DNA of 64,000 nt from assembly GCA_016125005.1 (NCBI GenBank), contig WGMQ01000008.1, positions 44,606-108,605 on the forward strand. Reading direction: 5' to 3'. Both the position numbers and the translations under genes were made by a program. The notes below the pieces were generated by a model, which saw nothing but the letters and a program-made list of their open reading frames with translations, had not been told where the DNA came from and did not search any database. This document shows positions 36,346 through 46,000 of this stretch, one piece after another. The stretch is from a bacterium (GTDB taxonomy: Bacteria > Sumerlaeota > Sumerlaeia > SLMS01). Position 1 is the first letter of the stretch. Each line of letters opens with the position of its first letter.

Positions 36346-38379
36346 TTATTCAGGCCGTGCCGCGAAGTCACCGCGGTTTTCCTCGAGGGCTTCGAAGAAC
36401 CCGGCGACTGTCCCCACCGCGTCGTTGCGGTTGCGTGTCATCGGCAGGGGAGTGGCGCGTTCATGTTGGATGCGCGAGGCCGATAGTTCCGCCTCCGACG
36501 GGAACGCGCGCCGATCGATGAAGTAGGAACTCATTCGCCGCTCACCCGCCAATTCCTTGGCCTTCTTCTTCACGCTGGCGGCCCGTTGTGAAAGGAGGCT
36601 TGGGTGGGCAGGGCTCCCCGCCGCACCGTTCCCATTGATCACAGCCAGCGACAGCGTGACCAACGGAACCCACGCCTCATCACCTTGGCGATTCGTGGAG
36701 GTATACCCTCCCGCCGCTACGTGCTCCGGCTGGAAGAGGCCGAACTTGAGTTGGTCGAAGTGGGTGCATGCCTCACGCAGGCGCTCCTCCTCCGCTGTAC
36801 CGTGGGCGATAATGATGAAGTCATCCCCGCCCAGGTGCCCGAGTCGCGTGTCGCCACCCACCGCATGGATGAACTGGCTGAGGACCTTGCCAGCCAGACG
36901 GATCATGTCGTCACCGGCAATGAACCCGTATATGTCGTTGTATTCCTTGAATCGATCCAGGTCCGCGTAGATGACTGTATAGACAGGCGAGCGAAGCGCA
37001 TCGGAGATCCAGCGTTCGATGGCGTGATTTCCGGGAAGACCCGTGAGCGGGTTCGTGTCCAGCGCGCGACGCAGCCCCAACTCGTAGGAGCGGGTGATGA
37101 GCGCCTTCATAGTGATGGTGCCGATGTAGCGCTTCGTCGAATCGACGACCAGAACGGGATCGTATAGATTCTCCTGCGGGCGATCCATCGCGAGCCGCGC
37201 CAGCAACTCCAGCGCGAACTGCTCATCGATGATCAGCAGGTCCTTTTTCGCAAAAGTATCCACCAGCTGGGTCTGGAAAAGCGGGAAGCCATAGGGACCC
37301 GTTGTCTGCGCATGAAAATGCTGCCGCGTCAGCAGACCGACCGGCACGCCGGAATCCGTAATGACGATGTGGTCTAGGTGGGCATTCCCCTCGAAGAGTT
37401 CCCCGATCTCTGCACAGGTCATGAATTGGGCGGGAACCACATGCGAGCTGATCACCATGCCCGCGATCGAGTCGTCATAGACCTGCCGCGCGTACTGGTA
37501 GCGCTTCACGCGATCCTGCATGGAGCTCATGATATTGACCGCAGGGACCAGCGGCTCGCTCTCCGGCATCCCGAAGAGGAAGCCCTGAACGAAGCGCACC
37601 CCGAGGCGCATGAGACACTCAAGCTCCTCCCAGTACTCAACTCCCTCGGCGATCACGCGGCTATCGACGCTCGAGGCGAAGGCCACCACCGACTTCACGA
37701 GATGCTGACGATATGGGTCCAGCTGGATGCTGTGAATGAGAGCCCGGTCGAGCTTCAGGAACTGGGGCCGGACCTCAAGCAGGTGCAGCAGACTGGCCGG
37801 GCCGCATCCGTAATCATCAAGCGCGAACACATGTCCATCCCTTGCCAGGGCCCGGACCATTTCCCCCATAACATGGTCCTCCACGCGGGGAGCGGACTCG
37901 CTGAACTCCAGGACCACACACTTCTCGGGCAGTTCGTATACGCGCAAGTTGGCCGGGGAGAGCTCCTCCAGCAGCGCCTGCTCACCGAAAAAGACGGGGG
38001 AGACATTCACGAAAAATTTGCATCGCTCCCGCTGTTCGGGGGACAGCGAGCGCAGCTTGCGAAACGCCGTCTTGAGACAGAGGAACTCGAACTCAAGTCC
38101 CACCCCGAGGCGCTGCGCTCTCGGAAACAGGTCGTCCGGCATTTCCAGCGGTGGACGCCCGCGCATCACCACCTCGTAGCCAAAGACCGCTCCCACCGTC
38201 AGGTCCACAATCGGCTGGAAGTAGGGGACCAGCGCCTCATGCATGATCAGGAGGCGCAGGAATTCATCCAGCTCCGCCTCCTCCACGGTGGAGCGCGCAA
38301 ATCCGAAGGCGATCATTTCCTGATAATCGTCCACACAACACCTCGCGCCACCGGAAAACCGGCGACCCCTTGTTGCCAA
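36346..38379 (-). CDS. EAL-GGDEF c-di-GMP turnover protein (N-terminal EAL phosphodiesterase, central sensor-like region, C-terminal GGDDF cyclase-like domain)
   Basis: HEALVPYFQPIVDL (EAL motif) and ...LGHLGGDDFIIIA (GGDEF variant). It is convergent with the histidine kinase. Confidence 0.85.
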   Translation of the reverse strand: MATRGRRFSGGARCCVDDYQEMIAFGFARSTVEEAELDEFLRLLIMHEALVPYFQPIVDLTVGAVFGYEVVMRGRPPLEMPDDLFPRAQRLGVGLEFEFLCLKTAFRKLRSLSPEQRERCKFFVNVSPVFFGEQALLEELSPANLRVYELPEKCVVLEFSESAPRVEDHVMGEMVRALARDGHVFALDDYGCGPASLLHLLEVRPQFLKLDRALIHSIQLDPYRQHLVKSVVAFASSVDSRVIAEGVEYWEELECLMRLGVRFVQGFLFGMPESEPLVPAVNIMSSMQDRVKRYQYARQVYDDSIAGMVISSHVVPAQFMTCAEIGELFEGNAHLDHIVITDSGVPVGLLTRQHFHAQTTGPYGFPLFQTQLVDTFAKKDLLIIDEQFALELLARLAMDRPQENLYDPVLVVDSTKRYIGTITMKALITRSYELGLRRALDTNPLTGLPGNHAIERWISDALRSPVYTVIYADLDRFKEYNDIYGFIAGDDMIRLAGKVLSQFIHAVGGDTRLGHLGGDDFIIIAHGTAEEERLREACTHFDQLKFGLFQPEHVAAGGYTSTNRQGDEAWVPLVTLSLAVINGNGAAGSPAHPSLLSQRAASVKKKAKELAGERRMSSYFIDRRAFPSEAELSASRIQHERATPLPMTRNRNDAVGTVAGFFEALEENRGDFAARPE

Positions 38380-38488
38380 CCGGCTTCAGGTGACTGACCT
38401 GAACACCACGTTGCAGCGCCGTTCTCTCCCGTCAATGGCAGAGAGAAGGCGATGACGCGATTGTTCTATGAAGAAAACCTTTGTGGAT

Positions 38489-40213
38489 TTACTCTCCCTC
38501 GGCCTCTTCGTCGATGTTGGCCCCCGTGGCTTTCGGGAAGAACGGCGACACAGCCATGATGGTTAGCAACGACACGGCCGTTCCGATCGGCGCGTGCCAC
38601 GGCCAGTTAATGCTGATCCAGGCCGGGCCAAACGTCTCCGTCGCTTGACGCAGCATTGTGAAAATCACCATGAAGGCCACCGATACCGCCATGCCGATCG
38701 CGACGGGAATCCAGTTCCCGCGCCTCCAGATGAGCCCATAAAGGAAGGCGCCCAGCACGGCGCCAGCTGTCAGGCCTGCCAGTTCGAAGGCCAGGGCGAA
38801 GATCGACGTGGCAGCCTTGCACAGGTACGCCACGGCGAAGAGCAGGATGCCGCTGACGACGACCGCCACGCGCGAGAGGAACAGGTCGCGGGCCTCGTTG
38901 TCCTTTCCGCCGCGGAGTGGCCGCAGGAAGTCCATCACCACGATGGAGCCCATGGCGCTCAGCGCCGACGAGACGCTCGACATGGCCGCCGCCAGGATCG
39001 CTGCCATCAGGAATCCCTTCATGACCGACGGCATGTGCTCGATGATGAAGACCGGGAAGACATAGTCGGCCTTCGGAGTTCCCACGCCCGTGACGGCACC
39101 GACACTCGCCGGATCCCACGGCATGATCGCGAATTGGAAACCGTTCAGTCGATAGTAGGCGAGGAGGCAAACACCCACCAGCAGGAACATCAGGAACTGG
39201 GGAGCGATGATGAGGGCGCTGGTCATCATCGCGCGGCGCCCGTCGCGCGTGTCGCGGCAACCGAGCACCCGCTGCACGTTGAGCTGGTCGAACCCGAGCG
39301 CAAACACGATCCCGATCGGCACCGCGATCAGGCCCATCACCAGGTTGAACGGACCCGCCATCACGTTGGAGAACTGCTGCCCGAGCCAGGACCACTGGCT
39401 GGCATCGGAGCGGGGGAGCATGTTGGCTGCCTCCTCGCCCGCGGGCACCCGGCCCGAATTGAACCACTCCATCGCCGGCCCGGCGACTTCGCGCACCGCC
39501 GCCCAGCCGGTCGCACCCGAGGGAGCCGCCAGGTCGCCGTGCAGCAGCGTCGGGATGTACAGCACCGAGAAGATCCCCGCCCCCGCGAAGATGAAGAACT
39601 GCACCATGTCCGTCCACACCACCGCCTTGATGCCGCCAATGGCTGTATAGACAAGCGCGAAGAGCAGGATGATGATGATCCCGTGGTCGATGGAGAAGCT
39701 CGACGTCAGCTCATAGGTCCGCATCACCATCATGAGCGGAATTGCCGTCACCAGCACCCGGACGCCCGCGCCGAGCGTCATCCCAAGGAACGAGACCGCT
39801 GCCGCCGCCATGCGTGCGTTTGGCCCAAAGGCCCGCGTCAGAAGCTGGTACGTTGTATAGACATCACCCTTGAAGTAGTAGGGGACGATCCACCAGGCGA
39901 TGATCACGCGGCCGATAAGGTGCCCCACCACGATCATCATGAAGAACATCGTGCCGCCGGATAGGGAGAACGCACCGTCCTGGATGCTCAGCGTTCCCAT
40001 CGCCATCGCGGGGACGCCGATCATGGTCAGTGCGCTGGTCTCTGTCGCGACGATGCTGAGCCCCACCACCCACCAGGGCATCGACCGACCGCCCAGGAAG
40101 TAGTCCCGCTTCGTGGATTGACCGCGGGACATCCAAAGTCCCACCGCCATCACCACCACAATATAGCAGAGCACAACGGCCCAGTCCACCAACCCGAACG
40201 ACGCATGACCCAC
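38489..40213 (-). CDS. Sodium:solute symporter family (SSF) transporter
   Basis: 574 aa with about 13-14 TM helices and an SSF-type N-terminus (GGRSMPWWVVGLSIVATETSALTMIGVPA). Confidence 0.85.
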   Translation of the reverse strand: MGHASFGLVDWAVVLCYIVVVMAVGLWMSRGQSTKRDYFLGGRSMPWWVVGLSIVATETSALTMIGVPAMAMGTLSIQDGAFSLSGGTMFFMMIVVGHLIGRVIIAWWIVPYYFKGDVYTTYQLLTRAFGPNARMAAAAVSFLGMTLGAGVRVLVTAIPLMMVMRTYELTSSFSIDHGIIIILLFALVYTAIGGIKAVVWTDMVQFFIFAGAGIFSVLYIPTLLHGDLAAPSGATGWAAVREVAGPAMEWFNSGRVPAGEEAANMLPRSDASQWSWLGQQFSNVMAGPFNLVMGLIAVPIGIVFALGFDQLNVQRVLGCRDTRDGRRAMMTSALIIAPQFLMFLLVGVCLLAYYRLNGFQFAIMPWDPASVGAVTGVGTPKADYVFPVFIIEHMPSVMKGFLMAAILAAAMSSVSSALSAMGSIVVMDFLRPLRGGKDNEARDLFLSRVAVVVSGILLFAVAYLCKAATSIFALAFELAGLTAGAVLGAFLYGLIWRRGNWIPVAIGMAVSVAFMVIFTMLRQATETFGPAWISINWPWHAPIGTAVSLLTIMAVSPFFPKATGANIDEEAEGE

Positions 40214-40306
40214 GAAAAGAGCCCCCCATCAGAATCTCTTGCAACCGGCTAAACGTGCCAGACGGTCAGAGAGGGGCAAGTGTAGGATTTGGATCGTGCC
40301 AAGCCG

Positions 40307-41038
40307 TCACGCGCGGCGCAGCAGACCCATCGGCGTACATTCCGCGCCCTGGCCGAGCGGGTTGTCCTTCAGCGCGCGCTGGACCATGTCCTTGTTCACG
40401 CCACGGCTGCACCCCAGAACCCACGAGCCGCCGACGTCGTTCACGTCCACGATGGCACAGGCGATTCCGAGGCGATCTGCGATGTTCTGGGCGACGCCCT
40501 CCGGGTCCTTCGGGCCAAGGATCACGCAGTCGAGCTGCAGCGGGGAGGTCGATGCCGCGTCGATGGTCGCGGCCTGCGGACCGGCAATGCGATAGAAGTC
40601 ACCCTTGCGGCCCACCAGCTTGCCGAGCGCCCCCACGACGGCGGCCAGCCAGATGCGCGCGGCGCCGCACTCGTTCACCGCGCACTGCATCGACGACGGA
40701 CGGCGCAGCCCGATCCCGTAGGGCACCTTTGCCACGCAGCGCCACAGCACCCAGGCGGTGAAACCGATCTTGATGTCCGCCTCGCGCAGGGCGCGTCCCT
40801 GCGTCACAGCCACGGCCTTCTCGGAGATGAACAGGATGTCCCCCTGCTTGTGCATCGGCACCGCATAGGCCTGGATCGTCTCGATCAGATCGGACGATTC
40901 CGTCAGTCGATGAGTTTTCACCGGAACGCGCAGGAAATCGCCCTCGGCGAGGGAGATGACCGCCTTGCGGTTGGGATTCACGGCGACTTCGGAAGCGGCA
41001 ACAGACGGGATGGCAACGGGAGCGGCAGCGATACTCAT
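40307..41038 (-). CDS. CofE-like (F420-0:gamma-glutamyl ligase family fold) protein of unknown substrate
   Basis: GDILFISEKAVAVTQGRAL resembles the CofE/F420-ligase family SEKxVAxSQGR core. The match is weak and made without alignment tools. Confidence 0.35.
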   Translation of the reverse strand: MSIAAAPVAIPSVAASEVAVNPNRKAVISLAEGDFLRVPVKTHRLTESSDLIETIQAYAVPMHKQGDILFISEKAVAVTQGRALREADIKIGFTAWVLWRCVAKVPYGIGLRRPSSMQCAVNECGAARIWLAAVVGALGKLVGRKGDFYRIAGPQAATIDAASTSPLQLDCVILGPKDPEGVAQNIADRLGIACAIVDVNDVGGSWVLGCSRGVNKDMVQRALKDNPLGQGAECTPMGLLRRA

Positions 41039-41140
41039 GAACGGGACTCCTCCACGGGGACTGAATCAGGGCGATGACCCCCCCGGCACCGCAAGACGGT
41101 CAAGATAAATGGGGACAGAATTCTCCGCCGCGATCGGTGG

Positions 41141-43030
41141 TCAGCCGTCCACTTCCTCGGTGATTTCCTCGACCAAATGATCGAACTGCGCCGCGGTCAG
41201 GTGAGGGCGGAGGTGAATGAGGGCCTGATCCACACGGTCGATGGAATCGAGCTGATGAGTGCGCGCCACCGCCTGGGCGCGGAGTGCCTCGGCCACCGCT
41301 GCTTCGTGGCCCTGTTGCAGGTGGAGGAGTTCCGATAGCCGCAGGTGAATATCCACGCGTCGCCCATGATGGCGCGTATGGCGGAGCGCCTTCGATTCCT
41401 GCCCGAAGCTCGTGATCGCCTGGGCCACGTCATCGTCATCCAGCCGCAGCAACGCTCTCTCGTGCCAGATGTCCGCCACGAGGTTCATGGCGCGGGCATT
41501 TTGCGCCGCGCGCAGCGCCTTCAGGAGCAGATCGTCACAGTCGGTGGCGGCCTGCTGGAGGCGAAACGCCCGGGCGATCATCAGGCTCGACTCGGCGATG
41601 CCGGCCTGGTCCGACGTTTCCCCGAAGAGCGTGCGCGCCCGACGCCCCCACTTGAGCGCCTCGTCCAGTTCCCGCGTCTTGATGCAGAGCCGCGCCAGTT
41701 CCACGCAGGCCGCCGCCTCCGCGGGGCGGTGATCGAACTGACGCGCGGTGCCGAGCGCAAAGAACAACTGGTCGCGCGCCTCTTCCACGCGGCCCTCCGT
41801 CACGAATGCGATCGCAAGCAGCACCTGAAGCTCCGCCAGCGCCGGGTAGCGCAACCCCGCCTCGCGCTGGTGATCCAACACCAGGCGGATCACCTGAAGG
41901 GCCTCGAAGGCGCGTCCTTCATCGATCAGAAGCCGTGCCGCGCAGTTGGCCGTATCCAACTCGGCCTCGTGCAACTTGTGAGCGGTCGCCAAGGCCCGCG
42001 CGCGCAGAAACTCTGAAATCGCCAAATCGAAGCGGCCAAGCTCGCGATGGGCGATGGCCGCCGCGCTGATGGCTAGCACCAACTCCGCCATGTTGCCGGT
42101 CCGCTCCAGCAACTCCTCACTGCGGCGATAGGATTCGATAGCCCGGCCAAAGGCACCGCGCTTCAGGAAGTACTGGCCGATCAACGAGCGCACCTCCGCC
42201 TCCAGCTCCATGTCCTCCGCGCAGCGCCCCGCCGCACCGGCCGCGGCGAGCAACCGCAGTCCGCTTTCGCTTTGGCGGATGACCAACGATTTCCCGACGC
42301 AGCGCAGGAAGGCCGCCAGCGCGGATCGTAGCTCCGGCGCGACGTCCTCCACCGCTTCCCAATCCTCCACCCACTCGTACTCCTCCAGACCCGCCAAGCC
42401 CTCCATCAGGTCGACGGCCATCTCCCACGCGGCCAGGATGTTGGCGTGGCGCCAGTGCCGCGGTGATAGCCCGCCCTGGTCCGCCACCTGAACCTCCGCA
42501 ACGCGCGCGAAGTGATTCACGACGCGAAGCCGCAGGTTCTCCTGCTCCAACTCGTTCAGGAAATCGACCCCCTCGAAGCTCAGCCGCATGGGAAAGGGGA
42601 TGCAGTAATGGTCCTCGTTCACGAGGTGGATCAGTACCCCGAGGCGCGCCGCCTGCCCGAGCGCTGCACGCACTTCCTCGCGCCGGGGATCACCGGGGGA
42701 TGGAATCTCGCCCGTGGCCAGCGCCGCCGCATCCGCCACGTCGAACTCTCCCCCGAGTTGGAGGCAACACCGCAGCAGCACGTTGGTCAGAGGGGATCGC
42801 TGCTTGAGCCGACGGAGGCTCTCCAGGACCCAGGCGGTACAGATTTCCATGAGGCGCCGCTGGGGGAGACCCAGTACCCATTCGGCCAGCGGTTCTCCCT
42901 CCTCGGGCCGCTCCTCGGGCGGGAGCATGGCGAGTAAATCAGGCTGGCGCGTGGCCAGATGGGGAAGGAACTCGTGGATGTGATGAATCTCATGTCCTTC
43001 CGACACAAAGAACCCCCAGGCAAACGTCAC
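41141..43030 (-). CDS. TPR-like alpha-helical repeat protein (possible regulator or scaffold)
   Basis: Multiple A/L-rich helical hairpins of about 34 aa in the C-terminal half. No enzymatic motif was recognised. Confidence 0.45.
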   Translation of the reverse strand: MTFAWGFFVSEGHEIHHIHEFLPHLATRQPDLLAMLPPEERPEEGEPLAEWVLGLPQRRLMEICTAWVLESLRRLKQRSPLTNVLLRCCLQLGGEFDVADAAALATGEIPSPGDPRREEVRAALGQAARLGVLIHLVNEDHYCIPFPMRLSFEGVDFLNELEQENLRLRVVNHFARVAEVQVADQGGLSPRHWRHANILAAWEMAVDLMEGLAGLEEYEWVEDWEAVEDVAPELRSALAAFLRCVGKSLVIRQSESGLRLLAAAGAAGRCAEDMELEAEVRSLIGQYFLKRGAFGRAIESYRRSEELLERTGNMAELVLAISAAAIAHRELGRFDLAISEFLRARALATAHKLHEAELDTANCAARLLIDEGRAFEALQVIRLVLDHQREAGLRYPALAELQVLLAIAFVTEGRVEEARDQLFFALGTARQFDHRPAEAAACVELARLCIKTRELDEALKWGRRARTLFGETSDQAGIAESSLMIARAFRLQQAATDCDDLLLKALRAAQNARAMNLVADIWHERALLRLDDDDVAQAITSFGQESKALRHTRHHGRRVDIHLRLSELLHLQQGHEAAVAEALRAQAVARTHQLDSIDRVDQALIHLRPHLTAAQFDHLVEEITEEVDG

Positions 43031-43077
43031 CGAAACGTCGCCCAGGGGTCCTCATCCGGCAAGGTAAAACAGGCGTT

Positions 43078-46000
43078 CTACCGCATCATCCATCCCTCGC
43101 GGCTGGAGGGATCGAGTCCCTCGACCACGGTGAGCGATCGTCCGATCGGGATCGCTTGCAGCAGCAGGTCGGGCACACCAGCGGCCTGTCGCTCCACCGT
43201 GTATAGAATGCTATACGAGCCTGACCACTGGAGTCTCTCCGCCGGGAGCAGGCCGATCCAGCGACCGGGTGTAGTCGGATCGGGGCCCAGGGGAATTTCG
43301 ATGTAACCAGTGATAGGGTTTCCCTCTCCAGCGAGAGGGCGCCCAAACGCCACATAGGCACGGACGGTCCCCGAGTCGTTGGGGCCAAGCTGGCACCAGA
43401 GCTCGAAGTCGGTCGGCTCCTCGATCGTGGCGTCCGGCCTGGCGTTGAGCAGCTCCGGAGGCAGGGCCGCGAAGGAGGCCACCTCACCGATGCGCCAATT
43501 GATGGCCACCAATCCGTCACGGCCAGTCTGCACGCCGTCGCCATCATCGTCAAAGATCGGTCGCTGGGGCGCATCGATGGGGGTGTTCATCGCCACAATA
43601 AATCCGCGGGCAACCGCATAGGACGAATTGAAGTCGAGACCAGAAAAGACGGAGGAGAGGAACGAGTGAATGAAGGAGACGTTGCCCACGGCGCCGCCAT
43701 AGGATGCCAGTCGGTCAATCTCCGTCGAGGCGATGACAAGACGGCGTGTTCCCGGAGGCGAACCCGCGCACCGCGCGACGAAGCCGCCAGCATAGCACAT
43801 GTCCACCACCACCGCCAGCTCCGTCAGCGGATCGGTTCCCGATTGTACAGCGTCGAGCCATCCATCGAACTGTGAGGCCAGCAGACCTTCCCTCGGGACG
43901 GTAGTCCCATCCAGGAGGAACAACCAGTCATCCGTCCCAACGCGCTCTCCATGGTCGAGCAGGAAGACAGTGACCTTGCGTGCGTCGCGGGCCCAACTGC
44001 TCATACCCTGCTCCAGGCTGGCTCTCGTTGCCGGTCCGTCTACACCCGCCGTGGCGCCAAAGGCGGAAAGGTACAGAATGTTGTCAGCGCTGATTCCACG
44101 ACTCGTGGCAACGCGATAGGCATAGTTCGCCAGGTCGCGGGTCTGCTGGGCGATCCCATTGCCCAGATAGTTACCGCCGCCGGCAACGATGATGACCTTC
44201 TCCTTGGTGCGCTGTGAGGGCACCGGCGTGGGAACGGGAGTCGGGCTTGGCGTCGGGGTGGGCGGCGCTCCGGGGACGCAGCAATTCACCGTCACGCGGA
44301 AGCGACTCACATCCGTCAGGTCACCATAAATGTCCCGCGCGCGCAGGTGGAGCCAATAGGTTCCATCCGCCTGTCCCGGCTGGTTCAGGAAGAGGTTCCG
44401 CGTCGTCCGGCTTGTCTCGGTCGGGATCGTGTCCTCGTTCGAATCTAGCTCGAAGAAGTAGTTTCCATCCAGATAGGCTGGCTCGGCAACCGACCACCCA
44501 AAGACCAGGTTTCGCCCGTAGGCGTTGCGCGGGTCCGGGTGGCTGGAGGACTGGATGACGGGCGCAGCAACCAAGCGGATATGGATGGGGAAGTGTGCGA
44601 CGTCGGACAACTCACCATATCGAGTCACGCTGCGGACGTGCAAATAGCTGGTTCCAACAGGCAGCAGGCCTACGTTGAGCAAGGTTCCCGTCGTTGAGTC
44701 ATCCGACTCTCCCGGCATGGTGTCCGGCTCCTGATCGACTGTATAGACAAACCTTGTCGCGGTCGCATCTGGGTCGACGAGTGCCGCCAGCGCGTCCCGC
44801 CTCGCATACGCCGTTATCCGCGATGGATGCGTGCTGGAGGACACCAAGGGCGCTGCCGCACCGGATCGGATGTTGATGCGGAAGGAGGTCGTTGGCGAGA
44901 GCAGCCCGTACTGATCCTGGTAGCGAACATGCAGGTAATGGGTGCCCGGCAGCAGACCCGAGAAGTTTCCGCCGGATGATGTCGTGAAGGTTCCCCGGGA
45001 CAGCGGATCCTCCGAAGACTGGTCGCTCAGCAGATAGTAAAACCCCGCGGTTGTATCCGGAGCAGCGAGCCCCTTGTCTTGACGCAACACGGGTGGAGTC
45101 CATGAGGCCGTAACCTCGCGCGCCGCATACTCCCGCCCCTGATCGGGATGGGTGCTCGACGTGACTGAGGGGGTCGCCTCCGTCACGATGAACCCGTGGT
45201 GAGTCGTCTCGGACCAGTTGCCGAGACGGTCCTCCGCCTGCACATGGAGCCAATACCATCCCGATGCAAAAGGTCCAAAGCGAACCTGCGCGTTCGCCGT
45301 TGTGAAGTCGTCCGCGCTCAGTTGGGTTTCCGGGCTGCTGTCGATCCTCATGCGGAAGCGCGTATAGCTATCCGACGGAATCCCGGCCGGGGGGAGGATG
45401 TTGGCGATGAACTCGCGATTGAGGAACGGTTGGCTACTGTTTGGGTGCGTGGAACTGCTCACCACCGGGGCGCCTGCCACCCGGATCAGCCAAGTGACTT
45501 GGCGACTCGGGATCGTATTGTTGTCCTGATCCAGCGGCACCAGATGATAGTACCACAGGCCCGGCGTGAGGTTCAGTTGCGCAAAGTCGCGGCGCTGCGT
45601 CAGTTCCCCGTTCAGGAACGTGACAGTTGTCGAGGGAGACCTGTCGAGCAACTGGAAGAACCGCCCTGTCCCACCAACTTGGAAGTTCGGCCAAGTGATC
45701 GAGAAGTTGGGTTGGTGAAAGCCGTACTTCTGGGTCGGGTGCGAGGGGGAGATCAGGCGGTAATAGCGATCCTCGAAGAAGTCGGGGAGTAGGTTTCCGT
45801 TCTGGTCATCGAAGCCATCCCGGACCCCGTTTCCGTCGCGATCCTCGAACGCGTCCGCCAACCCGTTTCCATCCAGATCCAGGAAGGCTTCGAAGACACG
45901 GTCGCCGTCATAATCGGTGAATGCCTCGGCGATTCCGTCGCCGTCATAGTCGGTGAATCCCTCAGCAATCCCGTCGCCATCATAGTCCGTGAAGGCCTCG

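Noticed and set aside
38594-39964. 456-aa plus-strand ORF and 336-aa minus alternative-frame ORF
   Set aside because: They overlap the SSF transporter gene, whose 13-TM hydrophobic profile identifies the real frame.
40289-41077. 262-aa plus-strand ORF
   Set aside because: It is antisense to the CofE-like gene and has no RBS or motif.
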